A stretch of 64,000 nt of DNA from Eledone cirrhosa (taxonomy: Eukaryota): positions 124,620,001 to 124,684,000 of the forward strand of contig OZ024740.1 in assembly GCA_964016885.1 (NCBI GenBank), written 5' to 3'. Made by a program: the position numbers and the translations under genes. Positions 12,197-25,707 of the stretch are shown here, piece by piece. The notes below the pieces were generated by a model. That model made no database searches. It saw only the letters and a list, made by a program, of their open reading frames with translations, and was not told the DNA's origin. Every line of letters begins with the position of its first letter. Within the stretch, counting starts at the first letter, position 1.

Positions 12197-13059
12197 GTAA
12201 GTTATAATTCATTTAAATTGAATTTATCTGAATTTGTGAGAATGTATAGAAAAACAAAGGAAATAATTAATAGAATCATGAGTGAATCACTCAGAAACCA
12301 ATATTGGAATATGTAATTACCACAATTCTAGAAACATAAGGGATGATTAGAAAGTTATCATGAAATAGATAGTGTAGGTTTATAAAAATCCTTAATGGAA
12401 AATAGTTGGAAACTAAAATAAATTAGTAGACAGACAGCATGAACAGTGTTTTCCATCTTCAAGGAGACCAGTGCTTTAAAGAAATGATTGTATTAGTAGA
12501 CAGATATAAGAAGGATGAGAAAACATTTATGCCAAAAATATGAGTAAAAAAAATAAAAATAAAAGAACACACATCAGAATGCCACAGTGGAGTTATGGCA
12601 AGAAAATACCCTTGTCCAATACTTGTTAAAGATAAGTAATATAGAAGGCGATCTGGGTTGGAAAATTGTGTAGATTTTATTTTCAAGGATCATCAGAATA
12701 AAAAGAACATGTCCTTATAAATATAACAATATTATCCCTACTGATCACAAGCTTCAAAGCAAACTCACTTGTATTGGTTCACACGAAACACCCTATAAAT
12801 ATCATGCCAAATACTGGAGTATATGAGTGAGATGTGATTCTCTGAGTACTCTAGTCTCAGACCATAAAACATAATCACCCTACGTCAGCATGGTCAAACA
12901 AACATATAAGAATGATGATGATGAAGATGGTGAGGAGGATGTTGATGATGTTGATGAATATGTGGATGATGATCATATATTCCACATCATTTTGGAATAA
13001 ATATTTAAAAATATATATTTGGAAACACAGATATCGAGACAATGGAAATTAAAACAAAA

Positions 13060-14180
13060 AGGATACTTGAAATATTGTGATGAGAAAGTTAATGACATTA
13101 TACTAAGTTTTACACCCTAAAGCAAATATTAACAGACCATACACGAAGACAAAGAATAGTGGTAGAAGTCTCATCATTGTCGATCATTTTATAAGGATTG
13201 AAAGGAGAATGCTTGCAGAATATTTTGTAAACAGAGTACAATATGCAGCAGAAGATATGGGGATAAATGCAGTAGATATGGTTGGAAAGGAAGAGTTTAG
13301 ACAAAGAGCTGAAAAGAAAATATCTTTTAGGAATGAGAATGCATGATTAATTTGGAAGAAATACATAGGATATCAAGGATAAAATATTGTGGACATGTTT
13401 TAAGCAAGGCGATTTGAAACATGTCACTGAAAGACTGATAGTTTCAGTGCAAGACCAAGTTCTTGCTACCACTGCAATGAAGTAAAGCATCTACAAATCT
13501 TCTGACATCCAGAAATGCAGAATCTGTGGAAAGAATGTGGAAAATGTAACCCACTTGATAAGTGGAGGGGAGAGACTTGCAGAAAAAGAATACAAGTGCT
13601 ACCATAATAAAATCTGTCCTTACCTTCATTGGCATTTGTGTTCTAAATACCAGTATGAAGTTATAAAGAATTGGTGTGAACATGTGCCTTGTAACATAAT
13701 GCATAAGGAAGGGAAAGCAACGATATTCTGGGATTATGATTTTTAAACTGATAGAGAAGTTGAGCATCTCCTAACAGACATTGTTATATTGAACAAGAAA
13801 TACAAATAATGTCAGATCATCAATATGGCCATACCAAATGACACAAATATTGTAAGAAAATTGAAAAGATCACCAAGTACTCTGAATTGAAAGTGGAGAT
13901 GTCAAGACCATTTGGAATGCCAGAGGCTAATGTGAAAGTGAGACCAGTTGTGATGGGACATTAGGGCCAATCCCATTGAAACTTCAAAACTTTTAAAAGT
14001 TTTAAAGCAGCCGGGTATACCATACATGTTAGATATTATGTAAAGGGTGGCTTTGCTAGGTACTGCACACATTTTGAATCAAGTATTACCTGTCTGATGT
14101 GCTTGTTGCATCTTGACACATGACCAAATACACTGGTGCCTTATCCATCTGCACTGCATGACAGACCGATAATAATAATT
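13060..14180 (+). mobile_element. Old, degraded R4/Dong-like 3' fragment (third family)
   Basis: Remnant CRICGKNVENVTHLISG...HNKICPYLHWHLC...IFWDY and LLGTAHIL; ends in (AAT)n at ~14170. Confidence 0.75.
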
Positions 14181-14259
14181 TTATTTGTAGTATTTTAGTA
14201 GAGAGTATATTCTATGGATGGGTGCCACCCAAGCAATGACAACATAAGGAGACAGACAC

Positions 14260-14290
<31 letters not shown>

Positions 14291-15435
14291 TATTTCAATT
14301 TAACCATACTAATATCCTTATAAATATGACCCTTAATATACATATATATATATGTACATTCTTGTATATATGTGCTGACATCTTAATCAAGTACTAATTC
14401 AGAGTTGTTGCTTATTTGTAACATGCTTAATTGTACTAAATTCTATGGTGTCATCGTTGTAACATTTTTTGCTTGGGTTTGTTATGGCAAATGACAATCT
14501 TCTAACTAATATTTTTTTATCTCTTCTCTTACTATTTCTCTTCATCTTCATTATTATTAATACAAAATGAGAAAGTTCATCAAGTTGCTGAAATCATGCC
14601 AGAAATGAAACATACAAGCAAAGCCTGGTCTCCTGGCTTGTCTAGTCTTTAACAGTGAGGGCCCATCCAACCAATGTAAGCAAGAAAAATGAATGGAAAA
14701 TGATGAAGAAAAAGGTGGTAGATATGTAGTATTGTTGAAGCAGTGGTCAATTTTTAGTTAGCTCATTTTAAGTTCTAAGTTCAAATCTGTCCAGATATGA
14801 CTTTAACATTCATATTTCAGGGATTGATAAAATAAGAAACAGTCAAGATTGATTATTTCTACAACTAAAACTTCTGGATCTGGTGAGTATATCAGAAATG
14901 AATAGCATCACTGATATATTTCTGATCTTCAAAGCAAAGCATTATCTAAGAACATAAAAAAGTAACCCAGAAAAAGGCATCTAAGTGTATACTTAAGTAT
15001 GTGTGTATGCTTTCTATCATATCCTGTTTTTTTTTAGTGTATGTATGTTTCTTAACTACAGGAGATATCGGAAAAGCATAATATGAGAGAATTAACAAGA
15101 AAGAAATGTGAAAAAAACTACATGTTCAGTAGGTTTCATTTCCCTAGATGTAATCCTATATAAACATTAATAAAACACCCGAATATTAAATAAAGGTTGA
15201 TTTTAAATAGCTGGAGCAAAAATAAAACAAGGAGAAAAGTATGAATATAATATGGTCAAATCTGATATAAAGATATAATTGAAGAGAATTGAAGAGGCTG
15301 AAGGATATATCAAAAAGAAATTATTTAATTCTTTGCATGGATATTCTTTCCAATACATATGTCAAAGACATATTGCATTTCTTCATGGGTTAATGTCATT
15401 AGTAGCATTAGGAGGGAGGAAAAGATTTAATTATA

Positions 15436-15551
<116 letters not shown>

Positions 15552-16824
15552 GGGTGTAACACACGAGAGATTATGGTGAACAGAAAACATGTTTGATAAG
15601 TGATACTTTTTTGTACGAACTACAGTCGTGCCATGAATAAAAGAAGTTATGACATTAAAATTTCCTTCATGTGTATTTTCCCATCTTCCTATTTTGACGT
15701 TTTTTTTTTATATTTTTTCTTTTAGTTTTGAGGAGGGGACCTAATTTAATTCTGTCATTGATCAGAAACTAATCTTCTTCAGTAGTGTTTTCACATCTAC
15801 TATTAAATAGATAAAATGTATAAGTGAATAGATATATGAAAGAATGCAAAATAAAATAAAAGGCATTTGCTTCTAAAGAAAGCACAATTTATTTACTCTT
15901 CTGATGCAAAGAATTTGATAAAATATTAGTATGAAGTAAAGTAGTTGGGCCTGTCCTGAGGGATTATTAATAAAAATCTTGGTTGATTTTATTCATTCAT
16001 GTCATATTTCATTCAATTCTTTTACTGGTCAAAGTCATTTCACTGTTTAGAAGAGGAGGCTCTCCTTTCAAATGCTTCAGTTGATAATATCGACCATATG
16101 GTATCTATTTTGTCAATTTATATGAATCAATTAGCTAAGTTTGGGTGTTGTCATAAAGAGATGCATCTTGACACAGGTTTACTCAGAGAAACATACCCAT
16201 ACACAAATATTGACATATGCACACTTATATATGCCACACATATGCATATATATATATGCATATATATATATATATATACGTATATATATATATATATATG
16301 AAAAACAGGAGTTAAAAGCTTGCGATAATACTCTGTAATTAGTGAGCTCAAAGTATAGGAACAGGGCTCTTTAGAAATGAACACACAAAGAAGTGTGTTT
16401 TGAATTACATTCGGTGAAAACCCATCTGGTGCAATGCAGATAATCTATGAAAAAACGCAAAATACATAATAACCGGAAAAAGTGAATAAAAATGTACTAA
16501 ACACTTCAATAACTAGTAAACCCCTGGAAAAACCACAGATAGAGTTTGTTTCGTAGAAAATTAGTGACTGCGTCATAGAACCTCAGGGCTTCTCAACAGG
16601 AGTAAAGATTGTATGTACAGGTAACTAAATATTGCATGTGGTATAGTAACAAAACGAGTGAAAACATGTGTGACAGACAGCACATAGTGGCATGAGTGGA
16701 TCGTAAAATGTCTAGAAATGGCAGCCTAAAGTCACTCAACTTCAAAGGCTCAAAAAATAACGAGAGGGTGTAGGGATGCTGGGTTAGGGGATACTGTATA
16801 TATGCTTCAGCTTGTGCCTGTATT

Positions 16825-16915
16825 ATTGTGTATCGCCAGAGATCTCGGTCCCGTGTCATCGGCTTTGAGAGGAGCAAATGGGCAAGGTCAGCTTTTATCA
16901 CCTCATCTCAAGTCA
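16825..16915 (-). mobile_element. Small RTE LINE 3' ORF fragment
   Basis: EVIKADLAHLLLSKPMTRDRDLWRY matches the C-terminus of the RTE copies at 18285 and 24595. Confidence 0.7.
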
Positions 16916-17489
16916 GTTCAAGGAAACAACAAACAGAGATACAAAAAGTCTTATTAGTTTCATGCTTTATATGGCAAAGGGGAAAGAAAGTTTGATGTGT
17001 CAGGCTTTAGCCCTTCTTCAGGAGTACAAAAACAGAGACAGGATCACATATGATAGATACAGAAAAAGGTAGTAAAAAAAGGTAGTCCAAGTGAAGTACA
17101 ATGAAACTAAATAAAGTAAATAAGACAAACCGTTAGGTAGCCTTGGAAACAATTTTTGAATGCTAAGTGAAGTGTGTATGTATTAGTGTTTATATTATGT
17201 GGGAGTGTATGTGTATGTTTAAACGTGTGTCTATTATGTATTTATCCGTGTGGACATATAATACAACCTATATTTCATATGCATAAAGTATTTAAGCTAT
17301 AGAGTATTCTTGTTTCAATACTGAGTGAGTCAACATAACAAATGATGGATAAAGGTCCAGAAACATCTCTGACATTTTCACAATTCTACTGAAGTAGCTG
17401 CAACATAATCACAGCCTAAAATATTATTAGCGAGGCTCTTGAATTCTACATAAACCTATTATATATGCTTTCATATAAATGTTGATGCA

Positions 17490-17910
17490 CCTAGTATATA
17501 CATATGGAAGATCCTGGAGAGACTAGCACCAAACTTTGACGAGAGCTGAACCAACCCCCCGGACAGGACGTCACTGTGTGGTGCCAAATATACAATCTTT
17601 CACATCTAGAACAAGGGGCAGATACTGCAATAGCCTAGGGTTCAAAGGCCCTCAAATCTTCAATAAGCTGCCCAGAAATTTGAGAGATCTGCATGGTGAG
17701 GACATCGATGTTTTTAAGAAACCTCTTGACACTCTGCTATCCAGGATACCAGATGAGCCCATAGCACAGAACTAAGGTAAACTAAAGGCAGCAGCAATGA
17801 ACAACCTCCTACACCAATGGCCAGGCAACACAGGCTGTATATAGAATGTGTTGCAACAAGGGTGATGATTCAACATGGCCTGAGCCAGATGGTTGGAACA
17901 GGTAAAAGAG
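17490..17910 (+). mobile_element. CR1-group LINE 3' fragment
   Basis: YIWKILE..APNF...GRHCVVP...YCNSLGFKGPQIFNKLPRNLRDL...FKKPLDTLLSRIPDEP, typical of a CR1/L2-group ORF2 C-terminus. Confidence 0.7.
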
Positions 17911-17937
17911 TAAAAGAGTAATATATATATATATATA

Positions 17938-19870
17938 TCATCATCATCGTTTAATGTCCATCTTCCATGCTAGCATGGGTTAGACGGTTTTGTTCCATTT
18001 GATGCAGGAATGGTCTGGCGACTGTGTCTCGCTCGTACAGAAGTGTCTCTGGCAGGTTTTCTACAGCTGGATGCCCTTCCTAACACCAACCACATTTACA
18101 GTGTGGACTGGAAGCCTTTTTACCGTGTCTCTTACACGACCACTTTACAGTGTCATCGACACAGTGGACAGAAATGGGAAGATGGGGTAGGGTGTGTGGG
18201 TGGGGGTATATTGGGTTAAGAGGTGCCTACTGGCTGTAGGTTTGTATGCAAGGGAAGGTGGGTCTTCTGTACAACTGCATGGCATCAAAGATCTCGATCC
18301 AGTGACATTGTCTTAGAGAGGTGTAAATGAGCAAGGTCAGTTTTTATCACTTCATCCCAGGTTTTTCTTGGTCTACCCACTCTGTAGCTTTCATCAGTTT
18401 TCATTGCTCTGCAATTTTTTATATGGCTGTAATCCATCATATGCATCACATGGCCATACCAACGCAATCTCTTATCCAGCACACAACATTTGATTCCTCT
18501 TATACTTAGTCTCTCTCTCAATTCATTTATGCTTCACTCTTCACGCACATTACTATTACACATCCATCGGAGCATGCAAGCTTCATTTCTTTCTAATCTA
18601 TGCAATTCTTCAGCACTCAACACCCAGGTCTCACTACCATGTAATATCACCGTTCGTATTCAATCATCATGCAATCTGCCTTTCACTTTTAGAAAAAAAA
18701 CCCTTGTAGACAAGAGCGGTATTAGCTCTCTGAACTTTTTCCATCCCACTCTAACTCTGGCTACTGTACTTTCAGAGCACCCTCCTCCACAGCTGATTTT
18801 GTCAACCAGTTAACAGAAATTGTCTACTATTTCTATAGAACTATCTGGGCAGTTGAAGGAGATATCATCCAGTGGATCCTTGCTACTTAGCTTTCACAGG
18901 CCATTCATCTACTCCTAGTTTACTAAGAGCCCACTAGATTAAGGTACGTGGAGCTCTGTCAAAGGATTTCTCCAAGTCAACAAAAGTTAAGTAGAGGGGT
19001 TTACTTTTAGCTAGGTACTTCTTTAGATTCCGTACAAGGAAAAGTGCATCCGTGGTGCTTTTACCTGGCCCAAAACCAAACTGCATTTCATCTAGATCAA
19101 TTCAGTCTCTAATCAGTTAATTAATAACTCTTTCTGTGACTTTCATGACTTGGTCAACTAACTTATTGCCCCAATAGTTTCCTCTATCAAGGGCATTACT
19201 TTGCTCTTGAAACAGTTGGCAATGATGCTGCTACGCTAGTCATTTGGTATGACCCCATTCTGTATTACTTGGTTTACTATCCGGGTGATCATAGTATGTC
19301 CCACCATTCCAGATGCCTTCAACATTTCAGCAACTATCCCCGAAGGCCCAGCTGCCTTGCCTGTCTTCATATCTCTGATTGTCTTACTTACTATACTACC
19401 ATTAACTTTCACAGCTGGTCCTTCTGTTGTATCAATGTGGGGCAGACTATCTTTATTCCAACCATTCTCCTCATTCAGTAGTCTCTCGTAGTGACACTTA
19501 CAAGCTACCTTCTTATCAGTATCTGTGAAGGCAAGTATACCATCGTCATTACAGACACATGTCTCCCCGACAATATCCCAATTCTCCTTGACACATTGCC
19601 TCGCAATCCTAAACACTTCACGTCTTTGGTCCTCACTGCAATTACTATCCTCTGCTTCCCACTTTGCAAAGTATACTTGTTATCTAGCTTCTCTCCTAAC
19701 TACCCCATCCTGCCATTCTCTCCAAGCCTGCTTTTTGCTCTTGATGAACTCCTCCACCTTACTGTTCCACCACCATGTCACTCTCCTCCTGCCTAATGGT
19801 CTGCTCCAGCCACAGACTTCATCAGTCGCCTTCAACAGGTTAACTTTCAGGAATTCCCACTATTCCTCTA
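17938..19870 (-). mobile_element. Degenerate RTE-clade LINE with an internal deletion
   Basis: MKTGKAAGPSGIVAEMLKA, FVDLEKSFD remnant, RLRWYGHVM...GRPRKTW; 3' UTR ending in (GAT)n at ~17938. Confidence 0.85.
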
Positions 19871-20501
19871 TATTGTATGTCTCTCTCTCTCTATATATAT
19901 ATCATAAAACTGGCTAACTTGGCTCAAAAGTTTGAAGTATCTATGCAAATTTATTGGAGGGCCTTCTCCATACTTGATTTTATTAATACAAATAATATAA
20001 ATTATAATTTCCAGATTATAACATATGCTTCTGTACAAGTTGTTTACTGTTTACTGTCTAATATGGATGAGTATTTATAATTTAGGCTTATATTTTAAAT
20101 AATTGGTTGTAGCCATATAAATGCCTACATACACTTATCAATATAAACACTAATAGTTAGGAACAATTAGAGATAGACTTTGTATGTTTAAGGAAAAGAA
20201 AATCCAACAACGTGCTCATTGTTAAATATCTGCTTCATATATAAAAGCCAATCTATTACAGAATAATTAAATAACATTTATTAATTATATAATTCAGTAC
20301 TTCTATTGTATGTTCTTTGCATTTAATGTAAATCCAAACTGATATTATTGTGTAAGCAGAGAAATGTATAATTAAACATAGACTGATAGACAGAGAAATG
20401 GATAGAAAGAGAGACAGTTGGATGAATGAATAAATTAATATATATATATATATATATATATTAATTTCTCTATTTTCATTTATATATATATATATATATA
20501 T

Positions 20502-21007
20502 ATAGTGGTACCCGGCGTTGCACGGGATAAGGTATTGTGAAATATATAACCGCCTTAGCTAAGCTTAGTATGGCCACAACCACGACTGGCAATGAAGTAA
20601 GGGTCTGGTGGTACGTAAGTAAGCAACACTGTGGCTTAAAATGTGGGGAAGAAGTTGTGTGCACTTGCCAACTGTTTGGGGTATGAGTGTGAGATATGTC
20701 TTGAGCAAGGGTGGCTGAATAACCGGAGGCAGCAGACGGCCAAACATAAAGACAGATATTATAAGGGCACGACGTTATATGTATGTATCTATCTATAAAG
20801 AGAAAGACTAAGAATTATAGAGAGAGATCGCTAAATCACGTAATGCGGTCCCTAGGTCATCGAAAATTAGAAATTTCTTTTGCTCAGAAAACTCCCTGAA
20901 ACATAAGTATTACATGTGTAAAGTTTCAAAACAGTCAGTTGGGTGGTTTTAGGGATTCAAACTCACACACACACAGAAAGACATCCTCAGTTTTATATAT
21001 ATATAGA
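20502..21007 (-). mobile_element. Non-autonomous Helitron
   Basis: Minus strand starts TCTATATATATATAAAACTGAGGATGTC, then (GT)n, and ends with the GC hairpin CCCGTGCAACGCCGGG followed by TACCACTAT (decayed CTAG). Confidence 0.7.
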
Positions 21008-21164
21008 TAATAAATATAAATTCAGTGAGAATCGTATTTCGGCGGGTAGAAATAAGCAAAACTCAATTTCTCTTTGATATCAGGGAAGTCAGATGAGAAA
21101 AGTTTGTTTCTTCAGCTCTACCCACATGTATATACACACACACTCACACACACATATGTATATA

Positions 21165-21434
21165 TCATCATCATTTTACGTCCGATTTTCCCTGCTTACA
21201 TGTGTGGGGCGGGAACTGATTCTGGCTTGATTTCTACAGCTGGATGCCCTTGCTAACAACAACCTCATTTACAGTGAGTGGTGGGTGATTTTTTTTACCG
21301 TGGCACCTACACATACTCTCATTTCTACAGCTGAGTAAACTGGAGCAATGTGAAATAAAGTGAACAACACATCACCCGGTCTGAGAATTGAAGTCACAAA
21401 ATTTCGATTGCAAGGTCAATGCTCTAACCACTAA

Positions 21435-21436
<2 letters not shown>
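21165..21436 (-). mobile_element. tRNA-derived CORE-type SINE with an RTE-like 3' tail
   Basis: Minus strand: A box GCTTAGTGGTTAGAGC, B-box-like ACTTCAATTCTC, CORE-like CACTTTATTTCACATTGCTCCAG, then a tail similar to the RTE 3' UTRs at 17938 and 24024, ending (GAT)n. Confidence 0.7.
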
Positions 21437-21487
<51 letters not shown>

Positions 21488-23686
21488 GATAAATCTACCA
21501 AAGTGTATGGTAGTGTCCAATCCGTATGAAGAACTCAATGTAATCCGAATATCATGAAAAGAGAAGATGTATTCAAACATTTTTTTCGATGAAAAAGACA
21601 GGAAAACCGAGTCAACATAAATTAATAAAAATAATGAATAAACAAAGAAACAGTTCCTTATATTAAAAAAATCATCATTTTACGATCATTTCTAGGATAT
21701 TTATGTTAGTGTTGGTATGCATATCATATAGATCTATGTAAAATTTTTACAAACTATCACAAGGAATATACATACCTACACATATATATGCTGTCTTCAG
21801 AAATAATGATATTTGTTTATTGAAAAAAACCAACAAAGATTTAATACAATAGGTCTGTTTGGGAACAGGTTTTGAATTGACCAATAGAAAGATAGTGAAG
21901 GTCAAGATGGTAAAATAGTAGTAATAGAGCCTTCATTTAGGGGTAGATTTCAGTTTTGGATGGAAAGAATATTATGAATGAAAGATTATTTTAGGGATGA
22001 AAATAGGTCATATGCTGTCTTCAGAAATAATTATATTTGTTCATTGAATAAAACCAACAAAGATTTAATATAATAGGTCTGTTTGGGAACAGGTTTTGAA
22101 TTGACCAGTAGAATGGTAATAACTGGCCAAATGGTATAATAGTAGTAATGGAAATTTAATTTAGGGGTAGAAGAAGGCAGATTTCAGTTTTGAATGGAAG
22201 GAGTATGATGAATGAAAAGGTTATTTTAGGGGTGAAAATAGGTCAGGTCGGTAAAAGGTACACGAAAAATTGCTGTTATAAAAGAATAATACCATTGTAA
22301 ATATCTAAGGAGACTAAAATTTTACGATAAAAGTGTTAGTGAAAAAAATATATGGAATTTACATCTATGAAAAGAAAATAAATTAATTAAATTGATAGGT
22401 ATATTTATAAAATTATATTAATGCATATAGATATGATAAATAAGAGTTAGATGTAATTGAAGAGTTCTGTTAAAAACGAGGGGAAATAAAAAAAAAATAA
22501 TAATAAATAAATAAATAAATAAACTGAGAAAAACCTTTAAATATTATAAACCTAATTAATATACACTTTAGAAATTATTATAATAACATTGTTTTTAATT
22601 TAGTTAACCTATAATTAATATTCTACTACTGATGAACTACATAATTTTATTTCCCTTTTACAACTATCTTTTCCTAAAATTGATACCATTAAGTATACAT
22701 ATATACTGTTTTAATTTCAGGTTATGATTCGATGTTCCTTGTAATCTCTATATATTTGTTATTTCTCACTAATAATTTTAAACCCCCCCCCCCAATAATA
22801 ATAATTTTTTTTTTTATTTCCCCTCGTTTTTAACAGCACTCTTCAATTACATCTAACTCTTATTTATCATATCTATATCCATTAATATAATTTTATCAAT
22901 ATAAATATACCTATCAATTTAATTAATTTATTTTCTTTTCATAGATGTAAATTCCATATATTTTTTTCACTAACACTTTTATCGTAAAATTTTAGTCTCC
23001 TTAGATATTTACAATGGTATTATTCTTTTATAACAGCAATTTTTCGTGTACCTTTTACCGACCTGACCTATTTTCACCCCTAAAATAACCTTTTCATTCA
23101 TCATACTCCTTCCATTCAAAACTGAAATCTGCCTTCTTCTACCCCTAAATTAAAGTTCCATTACTACTATTATACCATTTGGCCAGTTATTACCTTTCTA
23201 CTGGTCAATTCAAAACCTGTTCCCAAACAGACCTATTATATTAAATCTTTGTTGGTTTTATTCAATGAACAAATATAATTATTTCTGGAGACAGCATATG
23301 ACCTATTTTCATCCCTAAAATAATCTTTCATTCATAATATTCTTTCCATCCAAAACTGAAATCTACCCCTAAATGAAGGCTCTATTACTACTATTTTACC
23401 ATCTTGACCTTCACTATCTTTCTATTGGTCAATTCAAAACCTGTTCCCAAACAGACCTATTGTATTAAATCTTTGTTGGTTTTTTTCAATAAACAAATAT
23501 CATTATTTCTGAAGACAGCATATATATGTGTAGGTATGTATATTCCTTGTGATAGTTTGTAAACATTTTACATAGATCTATATGATATGCATACCAACAC
23601 TAACATATATATCATAGAAACGATCGTAAAATGATGAATTTTTTAATATAAGGAACTGTTTCTTTGTTTATACATTATTTTTATTA

Positions 23687-23728
<42 letters not shown>

Positions 23729-23887
23729 TTAGTGGTTAGAGCCTTGACCTTGCAATCAAAATTTTGTGAGTTCAATTCTCAGACCGGGTGATGTGTTGTT
23801 TCCTTGAGCAAGACACTTTATTTCACATTGCTCCAGTTTACTCAGCTGTAGAAATAAGTGGATGTGTAGGTGCCACGGTAAAAAAAA
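21290..23887. repeat. Large imperfect palindrome (arms ~21290-22510 and ~22795-23887)
   Basis: Arms are near-exact reverse complements (e.g. 22240-22500 vs 22805-23075). Each arm contains a SINE head, (TA)n and a ~225-bp internal tandem duplication. Confidence 0.95.
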
Positions 23888-23964
23888 GCAATGTGAAATA
23901 AAGTGTCTTGCTCAAGGAAACAACAAATCACCCGGCCTGAGAATTGAACTCACAACCTTTCGAT

Positions 23965-24019
<55 letters not shown>

Positions 24020-24021
24020 AT

Positions 24022-24023
<2 letters not shown>

Positions 24024-24060
<37 letters not shown>

Positions 24061-25707
24061 GTTTAACGTCCATTTTCCACGCTAGCATGGGTCTGGACGG
24101 GAATTGTCCCACTTAAGGCAAGATTGGTTGTCTTGCTCAGGACTGTCTGGCGGGTTTTCTACGGTTGGATGCCCTTCCGAACACCAACCACGTTTACAGT
24201 GTGGACTGGGAGGTTTTTACCGTGTTACCAACATGGCCACATTACAGCGTGGACTGTGTTTTATTGTCGTGACACCTACACGTCTGGCGGGTTTTTTACG
24301 GCTGGGTGCCCTTCCCAACACCAACCACGTTTACAGTGTGTACTGGGAGGTTTTTACCGTGTTACCTACACGGCCACATTACAGCGTGGACTGTGTGTTT
24401 TTTTGTCGTGACACCTAAACGACCTCATTTATTTCGGACTGGATGTTGTGGTACCAACATAACTTCACATTTAAGGGGGTGTTGTAATGGGGTGGGGGTA
24501 GTGGGACGGGGGTATATTTTGTTAGAGGTGCCTACTGACTGTAGGCTTCGCTTTGTACTTAGGCAAGGCGGGTCTTCTGTATAACTGTGTAGCGTCAAAG
24601 ATCTCGGTCCAGTGACTTGGAGTGGTGTAAGTGTGTGAGGTCAGAATTTATCAAGTCGTCCCAGGTTTTTCTGGGTCTGCCTACTCCGTGGGTACCGTCT
24701 ATTTTGATAGCCCTGCACTTTTTTATAGAGCTGTCGTCTTTCATGCGCATCACGTGACCGTACCAACGTAGTCTTCTCTCGAGTAAACAGAATCTGATCC
24801 CTCTTATTCCTAATTTCTCCCTTAGTTCGTTTATGCTTTGCCGTTCACGTATATTACTATTACACATCCAGCGGAGCATGCAAGCTTCGTTTCACTCCAG
24901 TCTGCGTATATCCTCTGAACACAATGCCTAGGTTTCACTGCCATGTAACATTGCTGTTCGTATGCAGGCATCATACAGCCTGCCTTTCGTTTTTAGAGAG
25001 AACCCTTTAGCGGCCAATAGTGGTATAAGCTCTCTGAACTTTTTACATCCCGTTCTGACTCTAGCTATTGTACTTTCAGAGCACCCTCCCCCACTGCTGA
25101 TTTTGTCACCCAGGTAACGGAAGCTGTCCACTATTTTTATAGAACTATCTGTGCAATGGAATGAGCTAGTATTCTGTAGGCACTTGCTGCTACTTATTGC
25201 ACCAGAGCACCGGCCACATATAAAATCTATATTCTTAATTAGCTTACCTGTGACCCCACTACATCTTTTATGCACCCATACTTTGCATTTGGGACATAAA
25301 ATGGAGTTTCTGCCTACTCCTTTCCTACACACTGAGCATGGCCTTTTCCCAGATGGGACCGGTGCCCTATTTACCTTCCTACAAACAAGAACTTTAGTCT
25401 CAGGACAAGTTAACTTTAAGGCCTTTTGATTCTAGGCCATGCTTCCATGTTTGGAATTTCTTCTCTAGTTCTGCCATTGATTCAGCTATGAGCGTTAGAT
25501 CATCTGCATATAGGAGTTTCCATGGGCAGCCAGTCTTGAACTCCTGTTATAGCCTGAAGGGCAATAATAAATAGTAGGGGGCTAAGGACGGAGCCCTGAT
25601 GAACACCAACTTTCACTCTAAACTCTTCACTATATTCGTTGTTAATTCTAACCTTGCTGACTGTTTCTTTATACATGGCTTGTATAGCTCTCACAAGCCA
25701 TTCATCA
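24024..25707 (-). mobile_element. 5'-truncated RTE-clade LINE
   Basis: GVHQGSVLSPLLF, LLYADDL, Cys/His insert CRKGVGRNSILCPKCKVWVHKRC, FRYLG, RLRWYGHVMR; 3' UTR with tandem subrepeats (24145-24420) and a (GAT)n tail. Confidence 0.92.

Noticed and set aside
22629-22640. CTGATGA in the spacer of the large palindrome
   Set aside because: No stem II, GAAA or stem III downstream.
23727-23790. tRNA-like sequence
   Set aside because: SINE head with A/B boxes but no complete cloverleaf; not a tRNA gene.
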